Assembly (NCBI RefSeq): GCF_009914755.1
Contig: NC_060943.1
Source of the DNA: the human T2T-CHM13v2.0 reference genome, Homo sapiens
Length of the DNA: 64,000 nt
Strand: one strand, 5' to 3'
In this document: positions 1-34,393 of the stretch, in pieces
Layout of the letters: every line of letters starts with the position of its first letter
Position numbering within the stretch: position 1 is the stretch's first letter
Position numbers and translations under genes: made by a program
Notes under the pieces: model-generated
Told to the model about the DNA's origin: nothing
The model's database searches: none
The model's input: the letters and a program-made list of their open reading frames with translations, nothing else

Positions 1-108
1 AATCATTACCCTAATGCGGGTTATTACAAGTTCCTGATGCTTCAGACAATTCTCCAATGGCCCCAGAGTCTGTCGTGCCCTTTCCCACAAGGTTAAAAGT
101 GACAGCAG

Positions 109-462
<354 letters not shown>

Positions 463-931
463 TTAGAAGTTGTTGGTTTTTATTTTAATGTGTTGGTTTG
501 AAAGTCCTGGAGGCTGCAGGTTCTTGCATCTCAGCCCTAGAGGAGTAATGAAGCTTCTCCAGGGAGAATGAGAAGCTGGAAACAGCTTCAAGAAATCGGG
601 TTACTGAGGCAGGGACAGGCCTGATGAAGGCTGGGAGGTGGGAGACCCCTGTCTGGCCTATCCCACCTGCCAGTTTATAGATTATGTGTGACAGGGGGCA
701 GCACCCAGGAGCCGGGCTGAATCCTTTCAGCTAATGGACATTTATGGCGTGCACAGCAGGTGCAAAGGCTCTGGGGCCACGTGGAGCATGGACTGTTACA
801 GAAATGGTTACAGGTTCCTGAATTAGCCCATTTTCTTTTCGTCTCAGAGCCTCATTTACCCCATCTGTGTAATGGACATAAGAGAACCTATCTTTCTAAG
901 TTGTGTGCATATGTTTTCACCACGTTCAGAC

Positions 932-951
932 TGTGTGTGTGTGTGTGTGTG
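932..951. repeat. (TG)10 microsatellite
   Basis: Directly visible. Confidence 0.95.
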
Positions 952-989
952 TTACCTGTGTCCTCCCCAAAACACTTTAACATTCACTC

Positions 990-2466
<1,477 letters not shown>

Positions 2467-3347
2467 TTAGGATCCCATTTTATAGACGGGAAAATTGAGG
2501 CATAGAGCTGTTAGATTTGAGCCCCCCCACTCCCCTCTCCTCCCCCCACCCCCGCCCCCCCACCACCCCGAGTCCAGCCCCTGTGTGCTACCACCTCTGG
2601 CTCTGGACCTGTGGGTTTGTCAACACGTGTTCTTGGCATGACCAGGTGCAGGAACATCACACATACCAGGAGCTTGCACGGGTCTGGGGTGGGGGCCACA
2701 TCAGCCTCCGGAACCTGAGCCTGCAGGGCAGCGCGTGCCCCAGTCCCGGGGGCCACAGGAGGGAGCGCGTAGGTAGAGGCGGCGGGTCCAATCTCCACGC
2801 CTTGTTCCCTCTCCGGGAGCCGGCTTCCCTCCCGCCTGCCTCGGCCTGGACCCGGCCCAGCTGCTGACCTCGGGAACTCGAGTGCCCCCAGGGACGCAGA
2901 CAATCAATTAGAATTGGCAGCGCCTGCCTAAGTAAAAGGCCTGCTTTAATGAGGAGGCTGTGGCTCTGCCGTGGGCGCAGGCGCTGGGCTGAGCCCGGCG
3001 CGGGCTGGAGCTGAGGGGTCACGTGGCCACCAGGGCCCACCTGCCTGTCACAATTATGAGTCCCCGTGTGTGAGCTCATTATGTTTATCATTAGGCCAGG
3101 GCTATTTACAGATCGGGGAGAGCAGCCCCTGTCATGCAAGCCGCAGACATTTATTGAGCACCAGCTGTGTGCTAGGTCATGTGCTGGGTTCGAGGAAACA
3201 GTAGGGACAAGACGCCCTCCAGTGGGGGCCAGGGGAGGCATCAGGGTGGGCTTCCTGGAGGAGGCAACACATACACTGAGATTGGAATGATGACTCGAAA
3301 TTCGGTCCTGAAGAAGGGAAGGGAAGAGGATTGTCGAGGCCTGGTTA

Positions 3348-5535
<2,188 letters not shown>

Positions 5536-6189
5536 AGCCACCGGTCCCAACCGAGGTGTATGTAATTTTTGAATTTATTTTTGCAGGCAGGCACTACTCA
5601 ACATGGTACAATGTGTGCTTGTTCCTATCTGCCTCCTGCTCTGGAATGTCAGCTCCAAGAGGGCAGACTTCTGTCTGTCTTGAATGCCACAGTGTCCCCT
5701 GTACCTCAAATACTGTTTGGCACACAGTAGGCACTCAGTACGTGTTTGTTTATTCCGCAAACAACTATGAAGCACCCACTGTGTTGTTCTCACACGGAGG
5801 TGGAGTTTTTCATGCTCCGAGGACTTAGGGCAGAGAGAAGGACAAGTAGGAGCCACGGTGACTGCGACTTCCTTTTTTTTTCTGCAGCCTCGGGTGCCAG
5901 CAGCAATAACACAGGACCTCTAGGCAGAGGAAGGGAAGAGGCGCTGAGGGAGGCAGGGCTTCTGCGGCGGGGAGGTGGGGGGCAGAGCCCCTGGGGATCA
6001 GGCCAGGGAGGCGGGAGTCCTGCTGGAGTCCCTGGGGTCCCCAGCAGAGAGGCTGGCTGGCTGCCCTGCCCTGGCCTGGCTGCTTTTTCTGGCTTGGACG
6101 GGAAGGGCTGACACCGCCAGAGGAGGGCAGGGTGGAGGCGGGGAGGGGGCCCGCACCTGGACCCAGGAAGAGGTGGGGGAAAGAAGTGG

Positions 6190-6900
<711 letters not shown>

Positions 6901-7356
6901 CGAGAGGCTCCCTAGCCCATCCCCCTCCCCAATTTTCCTCTCTGGGGCACCCCTGGGGTCTGGGGCTCTAACCCTGTCCTGGTCCCCACCCCTCCCCCTA
7001 GCTGGTACTTCAGACCCCCTCCACAAACTGGCTGAGTGCCCCCAGTCCCTAACTCAGGGTCTCCTCAGCTCAGAGCTCCGGGGCTCAGCCCTGAGACCTT
7101 CTGGGATTCAGGATCCGAATGCCCAGTGGAGCCAGAATCTGATCCCAGAGGCAGGGACACCATTAATCCTGGAAAGAGGGCACCCCCTCCACCCGGGCCT
7201 GAGCTGAGAGCGGGGAGGCTGTCTATATGAAGCCCCCACTTCACACTTCCCACAGGAGAGATTCACCCCGTTTCACAGGGGAGGAAACTGAGGCTTGGAG
7301 AAAGACGGGATTGTGGAGAGGTACACGTTTGTTCATCCAGAAAATATGCACTGAGA

Positions 7357-9865
<2,509 letters not shown>

Positions 9866-10751
9866 TTTGTTCCTTTCTTATTCCCCCTCATGATTTGGAA
9901 GTTATGCATTCCATTTCTGCCTTTGAGTAGTCACCCTTACACTCTTACCATGTATACTTAGCTTACAATAACTGGAAGTTAATCAACATCTCTTTGTTCC
10001 TCCGAATGAGACAAGGACTTCAGATGTGTACATACTGGAGCTTTCCTCCACTCTGCATGTCACTTTTATCCCATATTTGAGTTCTGCCTTGGCACACCTA
10101 AGGATGGAGATGAGGACAGGGGGTGGTGTGTGCCCATGTGGGTCACCATTCTCCCAGATGGATGGCAGATGTGGAGATGGATTCCAGAGACCCTAACTGT
10201 CTGTGAGTTCAGGCAGGTTCTGCATTGGGCCTCAGTTTCCCCATTTGTAGGACAGCACTGAGTCCCTCTAGGGCTAATATCTGAAGACTGTGAGCTCCCA
10301 CCCTCTCCCTTCTTCCCACCACTCAGGATGACCAGAGTGCAGGGGCCTCTGGTTACACTGCAGATAATGAGGGGCCTCTGTCGCTAGGCCCACCACAAAA
10401 TGAGCTTGCAGGAGAACGCGACAGCTAATGTCATTATTTACTTCACTGAGCTAAATAATCTAGGGAATTGCTCATCAGGACCTGATAATTTGATTGGATT
10501 TCATGCACAATTAGGTCTTCAGAGCTGAGGCATTAGTCGGCGAGTTCAGGAAAGACACCAACCTCCCTGCTGGAGAGGCTCAAGGTAAGGGGACAACGAC
10601 GGAGATCCCCAGCCCCAGGAAAGGGTCAGGCGTGCAGGCCAGAGGGAGGCCTGAATTGGCCAAATTCAGTGGATCCAGCCTAGGCTGGAGCTGGAGACCC
10701 ACCAGTCATAGTCAACTTGACATTGCTTACTTACGAGTTGGTTGATATTAG

Positions 10752-10925
<174 letters not shown>

Positions 10926-11107
10926 TGATATCACGGGAGAAACAACCATAGTGAACAGAGTTAGGTTTGGTCACTTTTGCTTGAGATGTTTATTTTTCTT
11001 CTTACATGAAAGAATTCAAGATGACCCCTTAAAATCTAAGTCAGGGCCAGGCTCAGTGGCTCACATCTGTAATCCCGACACTTTGGGAGGCCGAGGAGGG
11101 TGGATCA

Positions 11108-11700
<593 letters not shown>

Positions 11701-11749
11701 TAACTTCATCCCCACCATTTGCTATGACGTCATCTTGTTAAATTATTAC

Positions 11750-13068
<1,319 letters not shown>

Positions 13069-13699
13069 GTTTTATCCCAGGGACCAGTGTCTGGTGCCCC
13101 CACTCTCTTCCCAACTCTGAGCTCCCCAGGATTGTCCCTCTGTCCCAGCCCTGACCCCTCAGTCAGTGTCCAGCTGTGTCCAGTTTTACTTCTCCACAGC
13201 CTGGTGGCTCCTCATGAGCCAAACCAAGACGGAGGACTCTCTGGGCCCCAATGCCTGTATTTTGGGGTACATGACCCTGGAGGCCTTTCCTGCGTCATCT
13301 CCATCCTATCCCCTCCACAGCACCCATTCCAACATGAGCCACAGGACAATCTTGCCATGTCCAAGTGCACTGACTTTATTTCACCCCCACCCGGCCTTTG
13401 CCCATGCTGGTCCCTGTACCAGAAACGCTTTTCCCCAAAGCCTTTTCTTCCTGGCAATCAATTGCCTTCAATAGCTTTGCTTCCAGCTCCTCTTTCTGAG
13501 CCCCTCTGGCCACTGCCCACCCAGTTCTGGGTTCCTTCCACCCCAGCCTGAACATGAGGGGCTGTGGGGTGGACTCTGGGAGACCCCGAGGCTCCAGCAC
13601 TGGCCAAGACTGGCCCGAATACCCCATGATGCCTGCTAAAAGAACCCCCAAAAGCTACTCAGGCGATTATGATCCGAACAGCACTCTGAGTGTCTAGGG

Positions 13700-14120
13700 C
13701 TGGCCACATCTCTCTCCCTCTCTCCCAGTTCTCCATGATGATCTCTCCGTCTCTCCTTATCTCTGTGTGTATCTCTGGGTCTCTACACGTCTCTCTGTGT
13801 CTACATCTCCCTCTCTCCCTCTCTCTCTCCCTCTCCCCCCTTTCTCCCTCCGTTTCTCTTTCTCTCTCCCTCCTCTTTCCTTCCCCCTCTCTTTCTCTCT
13901 CTCCCCTTTCTCATTCTCTCTTTCCCCCTCTCTCCCCGCCCTTTCTCATTCTTCTCTCTCTCTCCCCAGCCCTCTCTTTCTCTGTCTTCCCCCGACCCCC
14001 CACCTGGGTCTCTCTGCTTCTGTATCTTTTTGTCTCTGCTCCTCCCATGGGGCACCAGCTTCACCCACCACCTTCTTCCCCACCCCTCCCTCTTCTCCAC
14101 TTTCTCCCTTCCCCACGCCA
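13700..14120. repeat. CT-rich low-complexity tract upstream of the VNTR
   Basis: Almost pure pyrimidine + strand. Confidence 0.85.
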
Positions 14121-14174
14121 CTGTGGATCTGGCACTGGCTGGGCACAGGGGGATGGTCTGGCCTTCCTCCCCCA

Positions 14175-15748
14175 CCTCTCCTGTCTCTGCCTCTCCTCTG
14201 ACTCAGCCTCTCCTCTGTCTCTGCCTCTCCTCTGACTCGGCCTCTCCTCTGTCTCTGCCTCTCCTGTCTCTGCCTCTCCTCTGCCTCTCCCTCTCCTCTG
14301 TCTCTGCCTCTCCTCTGTCTCTGCCTCTCCTCTGTCTCTGCCTCTCCTCTGTCTCTCCCTCTCCTCTGTCTCTGCCTCTCCTCTGTCTCTCCCTCTCCTC
14401 TGTCTCTGCCTCTCCTCTGTCTCTCCCTCTCCTCTGTCTCTCCCTCTCCTCTGTCTCTGCCTCTCCTCTGTCTCTGCCTCTCCTCTGTCTCTCCCTCTCC
14501 TCTGTCTCTGCCTCTCCTCTGTCTCTGCCTCTCCTCTGTCTCTCCCTCTCCTCTGTCTCTGCCTCTCCTCTGTCTCTCCCTCTCCTCTGTCTCTGCCTCT
14601 CCTCTGTCTCTCCCTCTCCTCTGTCTCTGCCTCTCCTCTGTCTCTGCCTCTCCTCTGTCTCTCCCTCTCCTCTGTCTCTGCCTCTCCTCTGTCTCTCCCT
14701 CTCCTCTGTCTCTCCCTCTCCTCTGTCTCTGCCTCTCCTCTGTCTCTGCCTCTCCTCTGTCTCTCCCTCTCCTCTGTCTCTGCCTCCCCTCTGTCTTTCC
14801 CTCTCCTCTATCTCTGCCTCTCCTCTGTCTCTCCCTCTTCTCTGTCTCTGCCTCTCCTCTGTCTCTCCCTCTCCTCTGTCTCTGCCTCTCCTCTGTCTCT
14901 GCCTCTCCTCTGTCTCTGCCTCTCCTCTGTCTCTCCCTCTCCTCTGTCTCTGCCTCTCCTCTGTCTCTCCCTCTCCTCTGTCTCTGCCTCTCCTCTGTCT
15001 CTCCCTCTCCTCTGTCTCTGCGTCTCCTCAGTCTCTCCCTCTCCTCTGTCTCTCCCTCTCCTCTGTCTCTGCGTCTCCTGTCTCTGCCTCTCCTCTGTCT
15101 CTCCCTCTCCTCTGTCTCTGCCTCTCCTCTGTCTCTGCCTCTCCTCTGTCTCTCCCTCTCCTCTGTCTCTGCCTCTCCTCTGTCTCTGCCTCTCCTCTGT
15201 CTCTCCCTCTCCTCTGTCTCTGCGTCTCCTCTGTCTCTCCCTCTCCTCTGTCTCTCCCTCTCCTCTGTCTCTGCGTCTCCTCTGTCTCTGCCTCTCCTCT
15301 GTCTCTCCCTCTCCTCTGTCTCTGCCTCTCCTCTGTCTCTGCCTCTCCTCTGTCTCTCCCTCTCCTCTGTCTCTGCCTCTCCTCTGTCTCTGCCTCTCCT
15401 CTGTCTCTCCCTCTCCTCTGTCTCTGCCTCTCCTCTGTCTCTGCCTCTCCTCTGTCTCTCCCTCTCCTCTGTCTCTGCCTCTCCTCTGTCTCTGCCTCTC
15501 CTCTGTCTCTCCCTCTCCTCTGTCTCTGCCTCTCCTCTGTCTCTGCCTCTCCTCTGTCTCTCCCTCTCCTCTGTCTCTGCCTCTCCTCTGTCTCTGCCTC
15601 TCCTCTGTCTCTCCCTCTCCTCTGTCTCTGCCTCTCCTCTGTCTCTGCGTCTCCTCTGACTCCGCCTCTCCTCTGTCTCTGCGTCTCCTCAGTCTCTCCC
15701 TCTCCTCTGTCTCTCCCTCTCCTCTGTCTCTCCCTCTCCTCTGTCTCT
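14175..15748. repeat. 17-bp pyrimidine-rich VNTR, consensus CTCTCCTCTGTCTCT[G/C]C, about 92 copies
   Basis: Directly visible tandem array. The 17-aa periodicity of the long ORFs here reflects the unit length. Confidence 0.97.
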
Positions 15749-15919
15749 GACGTTCTATTTCCGTCTCGCAGGCTCTGGGTGCACATCTCCCCCGGGGCTG
15801 CCAACCTCTGGGCTCCACACTCCCCACTCTCCTGCGGCACCCCCCTCTCTGCTACTTCCAGATCCCCCACCTGCTCCTGCCTCCCAGGTACTGAGGCAGA
15901 GACGGGAGATGGAGTTTAT

Positions 15920-27208
<11,289 letters not shown>

Positions 27209-27613
27209 TTCAGACTGCAGTGAGCCGTGATGGCACCACTGCATTTTAACCTGGGTGACAGAATGAGACCCTGTCTCTAAAAAAAAAATAAATAATAATC
27301 CTTTTTTTTTTAAATCACAAAGGTGAAAGGAAAATCAGCTTCTCTCACCATAGATTGAAGGTAACTGAAAATATAATTTAGTCTGATTGACTTAAATGGA
27401 TCCCGTAGTGACGGAAGGAATGACAGGTGGGAGAGACTTAACAACCACTCCCTCGACCCCTCGCCCCTGGCAGGACCCAGTTGAGACTTGAGAAAGACAG
27501 AACAGATATTCAAAGGGGTCACTGTGCAACTGGGCTTCCAGGTTATTTCATACCACGCCAAACACTCTCTGAAGTCATATTTTGTTTTGTTTTTTGTTTG
27601 TTGTTGGTTTTGA

Positions 27614-28060
<447 letters not shown>

Positions 28061-28075
28061 TGAGCCACCGTGACC

Positions 28076-28367
28076 GGGTAATTTATAAAGGAAAGAGGTT
28101 TAATTGACTCGGTTCCTCATGGCTGGGGAAGCCTCAGGAAATTTACAATCATGGTGGGACAGGAAGCAGCCTTCTTCACAAGACGGCTGGACAAAGGAGA
28201 AACTTCAAACACTTATAAAACCATCAGATCTCATGACAACTTACTCGCTATCAGGAGAAGAGCATGGGGGAAACTGCCCCCATGATCCAATCACCTCCCT
28301 CCCTCAACACGTGGGGATTACAATTCAAGATGAGATTTGGGTGAGGACACAGAAGCAAACCAGATCA
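28076..28367 (-). mobile_element. THE1/MST-family (MaLR) solo LTR, main part
   Basis: gggtaatttataaaggaaagaggtttaattgactc...ggattacaattcaagatgagatttgggtg...aaccagatca resembles the THE1C/D LTR consensus. Confidence 0.85.
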
Positions 28368-28742
28368 CTGGGCCTTCCAGGCTCAAGTGATCCTCCCACC
28401 TCGGCCTCCTGAGTAGCTGGGACCACAGGTGTGCACCACCACATCTGGCTAATCTTTGCATTTTTTTTTTTTTTTTTGTAGAGATGGAGTCTTTTTATGT
28501 TACCCAGACTGGTCTGGAACTCCTGGCCTCAAGTGATCCTCCCGGCCTCAAGTGATCCTCCCGCTTCAGCCTCCCAAAGAGCTGGGATTACAGGCGAGAG
28601 CCACCGTGCCCGGCTAAAAAAGATTTTTAAAATACATTGACTGATATTTCAGATGTGAGGTTTAAAGGAAAATAGATAACTGTGGATATGGGGAAATGGA
28701 AGAAAAGATGAGAAGCCATTGGCACGGATTTGGGAAGCATTA

Positions 28743-29249
<507 letters not shown>

Positions 29250-29259
29250 CTATGAAGAT

Positions 29260-29600
29260 CTCCAGGGAACAGCATCCCAGGCTATGGGCACCATGCATAC
29301 AAAGGCCCTGGGGCAGGACCACACCTGGCATGTTGGAGGAATAGCAAGGAGGCCCATGTGGCTGGAATAGAGTGAGCTAGGGGTAGAGAGGGAGGAGGGG
29401 AGGGGAAGGAGGGGACGGGACAGGTCGTGCGGGCCGTCATGGGCTGCAGGAAGGACTTGGGTCTTGACCTTGAGGGAGGTGGGAGCCATAGAGGGCTGTG
29501 GACAGAGGAGGAACAGGACCTGAGTCAGGTGCTCACAGGCACCCTCTAGTGGCTTTGCAGAGAATGCACTGAAGAGGCAGGGCAGTGGCCAAGGAGAGAC
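29260..29600 (-). mobile_element. GC-rich L2-derived segment, copy A
   Basis: aaaggccctggggcagg...gaggaatagcaaggaggcccatgtggctgga matches the L2 3' region in antisense. Confidence 0.7.
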
Positions 29601-30602
29601 CAGTCCAGCTCTCAGCACATGCTGTGTGTCTCCGGGGCAAGGGAAGTCACTCTATGGGCTCATTTTCCTTATCAGCTAAAAGGGGAACTTTAACAGCAGG
29701 CAGAGACTCAGAAAATGAGCAGAAGGAGCTCGCTGCCTGAGATTCAGGCCAGGCGTGGGGCTGCTGAGTTAATACTTTTAACAGGTCAGGATTCTGCTCA
29801 CCACACTCCGGGAGGTGGGAAGATGAGGTCAGCCACACCCCCAGCTCAGGCTCTGATGAAGTCATCGTGACAGATGGGTAAGTGTGAGGACAGCTGTGGG
29901 AATATTTCCCACCTGTGCCCTGTGCCTCCTGCAAAGATGTAGATGAGCAAATCAACCGGCATTTCACAGTCAGACACAGCTCTCAGCACACCGCGCTGTC
30001 TAGGAGCCCTTCCTGCAGGAAGCCCTCCCGGATTGCCTGGGCCCTGTGGGGTCTCCCTGGAAGCTGTGGCAGGGGTGGGGGGCATTTCAGGGAGATAAGG
30101 AGCAGAGAGGCTGGCTAGACCGAGCCATGGTGAGGAAAGACAGGGCGGACGACAGAAGTGCTCCACGGGTGAAGGGACATGCTGGGCCATCAGCCACATA
30201 AGTCTGATTTGAATCCTGACCCAGATTCCCACTTGCTTTGTGGACAAGTCTGCTCCCTTCCTGGGCTTTGTTTTCTCAACCACAAATTGAGAAAAGAAAT
30301 CTCATTTGATTGCTTAACACTCATTTAAGTGAGCACCTACTGTGTGCCAGGCCCTGTTTTGGGCACCAGGAACATGGCAGGAGAAAAATGGGCCCAGACC
30401 TGCTCTTCCAGGACCCTCAGTCCAGTAGAGGACCTGAATGTATCACCGAGCTGTTAAAATACAAGGTGTTAGGGCTGGGCGCAGAGGCTCATGTCTGTAA
30501 TCCCAGCACCTTGGGAGGCTGAGGCAGGTGGATCACTTGAGGCCAGGAGTTCAAGACCAGCCTGGACAACATAGTCAGACTCCACCAAGACGGGGGTTGG
30601 GG

Positions 30603-30690
30603 GGAGAGAGAGAGAGAGGAGAGGAGAGAGAGAGAGGAGAGAGGAGGGAGAGAGGGAGAGGGAGAGAGAGAGAAAGAGAGAGAGAGAGAA
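30603..30690. repeat. (GA)n/(GGAGA)n simple repeat
   Basis: Directly visible, following an Alu left arm. Confidence 0.9.
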
Positions 30691-32349
30691 ATGTCCTTGC
30701 CTAGTCTAGAGGGGCTTCAGGCACAGTTTGATCAAGGGGCCCCAGTATTCAGTCTCCTTCCCGGACTTAGCTCTGTTCTCCTCCCCTGGCTTCTGCCACA
30801 AGGCAGATCTCATACCAGTCCTTAGCAGATCCCAGCTGGTATTTCCCCAGGCTGGTGCTGCCTCCTCTGTAGTTCTGGACTAAGCCCCGGGGCTGGCTCT
30901 CATCAGCCCACACTGAGTCATGTCCTGTAGCAGCTGCTCAGAACCACAGACATATCTCCCTGTTTTGGGGCGTTCTCTCTGCCCAGAGCTAAGGTTCCTG
31001 GGAGTAGTCCTTTGTCAACGCTGGTTGAACATGAGGGGATAAATACCCTAGCTTTTCTGATCTCTGGGTGCGGCGATTCTCAGCTGTTTTCTTTCTTTTT
31101 CCTTTTCTTTTTCTTTTTTTTTTTTTTCAGACAGAGTCTTGCTTTGTCACCCAGACTGGAGTCCTGTGGCACAATCTCGGCTCACTGCAACCTCCCAGGT
31201 TCAACCTCCCAGGTTCAGATGATTCTCCTGCCTTAGCCTCCTAAGTAGCTGAAACCACAGGCCCTCACCACCACGCCTGGCTAATTTTTGTATTTTCTGT
31301 AGAGGTGGGGTTTCACCATGTTGGCCAGGCTGGTCTCGAACTGACCTCAAGTGATTTGCCCGCCTTGGCCTCCCAAAGTCCTGGGATTACAGGCGTGAGC
31401 CACCGCGCCCGGCTGCCGGTGTCTTATTGAGGCCATCAGACAATGCAAGAGTGCTGAGTCCCAGCACCCTGTCCTTGCAGTTTTACAAATCTCTGAATCT
31501 GCTACGATCACTGCATCCATCTTCCAGATGCAGTCACTGAGGTTCTAAAAAGTGAAGTTTCCTTTCCTGCCCGGGATGACTAAGGATGCTCTATCCCCAG
31601 GGGCAGCAGAAGATCGGGCTGCCCTCTCCCCAAACACACCCACCCACCCACCCACAGGGGCACACACGGGCACACACGCACCGTCTACCTCCCCAGACAC
31701 CCGGCTGACACAGGCTGGCGTCTGCACGGCTGACACTTGTAAATCCACCCTCCTTCGGGGGCAGGCTGGCTCCTTCTCTGGCAGCAGGAAGATAGAGGGA
31801 GTTGGTTTAGTGGTTGGGGGGAAAGGAGTGCGCCCCTGACCCCATGCCCAGCCCCCGACCCCAGGGAGGGTGACAGCCCCTCCCTCTCTTCCAGTGACCT
31901 TGGGAAAGTTCCAGGAGGCCCCCGGGCCTGGACTTTGAGAGGTGAGCGCTCCAGCAAGATTCGCTCCCCTCCTTCTGTCCCTGCTCTGGGCCCGCCCACC
32001 CACTCCCTTTCTCAAGCGGCCTTGGAAAGGGTCTTGCAGAGACAGACAGATGGCCTGGGGACAGATGGCGGACGTGTAGGAGTTACCACTGGGAGAGGGG
32101 TAAGGGGGAGGGGAGTGCGTTCTGGCCCCCAAGACGAGTCCCACAGGCTCCTGCAGAACAGAATAAGCCGCCTCCTTCAAGCCCCTCAACTGGGATATCA
32201 TCGTCCCCCCGCAACCAGGATCCCATCACCCCATAAACGGAGTCCCATCCCCCATCCCAACCAGGGTCTCATCATCCCCGCAAACGGAGTCCCATCGACC
32301 CCACATTCAAGGTTCCATAGCTCCCCCAAACGGGATCCCATGGCACTGG

Positions 32350-32720
32350 GCCGGGGCAGAGGCCCGGAGAAGAGGGTCGCTAGCTGCAGGTTGCACAGCC
32401 CGGCAGGGTGCGAGGCCTGGCCTGGGGGTGCGGGTGACTCTGGTGGGTCTAGGCTCCGCGGGGAGACTTGGGCCTGGAGACCCCGCCCCGCACGCAGATC
32501 CCGCCCGCCCCGGCCGCGGGTTCCGGGGAAGCGAAGGCGCCGCCAGCCCGGGCTGTGGGCAGAGCGCGCCCTCTGCCGGGCATGATCGGAAACGGCGCGG
32601 CGGCGACTCCCGGACCCTCGGGACTCCGGACCCGACTCCCACCCGGCTGAGCTTTACCGGGTTATAGAGCCCCCAACTCTGGATCGATCCCCGACCTCCT
32701 AAGGAACCGCGACACTGGGC
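32350..32720. promoter_or_regulatory. Small CpG island about 3 kb upstream of TNFAIP8L1 (orphan promoter or enhancer candidate)
   Basis: High CpG density in non-repeat sequence, with GC boxes (ccccgcccc, ccgcccgcccc). Confidence 0.6.
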
Positions 32721-33160
32721 TGAGCTCCCGCCTTGGGCTAAACCTCAATCCCAGTAGAGCTGGGACCTGGGCTGAGACCCCAACTTTGGATAGAGCCTCT
32801 GATCTGTCTTTGAGCCCTGGTCCTGAGCCAAGCCTCAAACTCCAATAGAGTCTCCATCGACCTGAGCTCCCAACTCAGGGCTGAGCCCCCCTCTAGGCTG
32901 AGGTCTGATACGGAATAGAGCCTGCGACCCCTTCTAAATCCCGACTCTGGGCTGAGCCTGGACCCTCGATAGAGTCTCCAACTCTAGGCTGAACCCTAAC
33001 CCTGGGCTGCACCCTTACTGTAGACAGAGCCCAATCCCAGCAGAGGCCCTATTCTCACTAAGCCCCATCACCCAGTAAGCCTGCATTCCTGGCCAAGATC
33101 ATCCCTCCCCCACCCCTAACACCCACTGAACCCTAGCCCTCCCGAGTCCCAACCTTCTTA

Positions 33161-33289
<129 letters not shown>

Positions 33290-33791
33290 CTATCTCTATT
33301 TAAAAAAATAAAAATTAGCCGAGCTTGGTGGTGCACACCTGTGATTTCAGCTACTTGGGAGGCTGAGGCAGAAGGATTGCTTGAACCCAGGAAGTTGAGA
33401 CTGCAGTAAGCTGTGACTGCACCACTGCATTCCAGCCTGGGTGACAAATCGAGACCCTGTCTAAAAAAAAAGAAAGAAAGAAAAAAGGTGAAATCATGCT
33501 AGGCTCAGATGCCTCCAGTCCTCCTGCCCTGATGGGGAGACCCCCTTGATGCTGGGGTTGCGAGAGGAGCTGTACACACCACACCAAAGTCAGACCTAAT
33601 CAGGTCCTAATCCCATCTCTGCCTCATCTGGCTGTGTGGCCTGGAACCTATCCCTTCCTCCCTCTGGGGTTCCATTTCGTCATCTGTGAAATGGGACAGT
33701 CACTCCTGACTCTACCACCTTGTGCCTGTGTGACCTCAGGCAAGTTACTTCCTCTCTCTGGGCCTCAGTCTCCTCCTCCAAAATGAAATAA

Positions 33792-34016
<225 letters not shown>

Positions 34017-34019
34017 TAG

Positions 34020-34393
<374 letters not shown>

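Noticed and set aside
2511-3241. Overlapping 116-194-aa ORFs in GC-rich unique sequence
   Set aside because: No recognisable protein family or consistent splice structure; open frames are explained by GC content.
28525-28562. 19-bp tandem duplication inside an Alu (similar ones near 31190 and 49845)
   Set aside because: Ordinary slippage duplications with no evident functional consequence.
31545-32642. ~217-aa ORFs on both strands near the upstream CpG island
   Set aside because: Low-complexity Pro/Arg/Gly translations typical of CpG islands, with no recognisable homology.
32185-33060. CRISPR-like repeat-spacer appearance of the degenerate arrays
   Set aside because: Eukaryotic DNA; units are contiguous and degenerate with no unique spacers and no cas genes.
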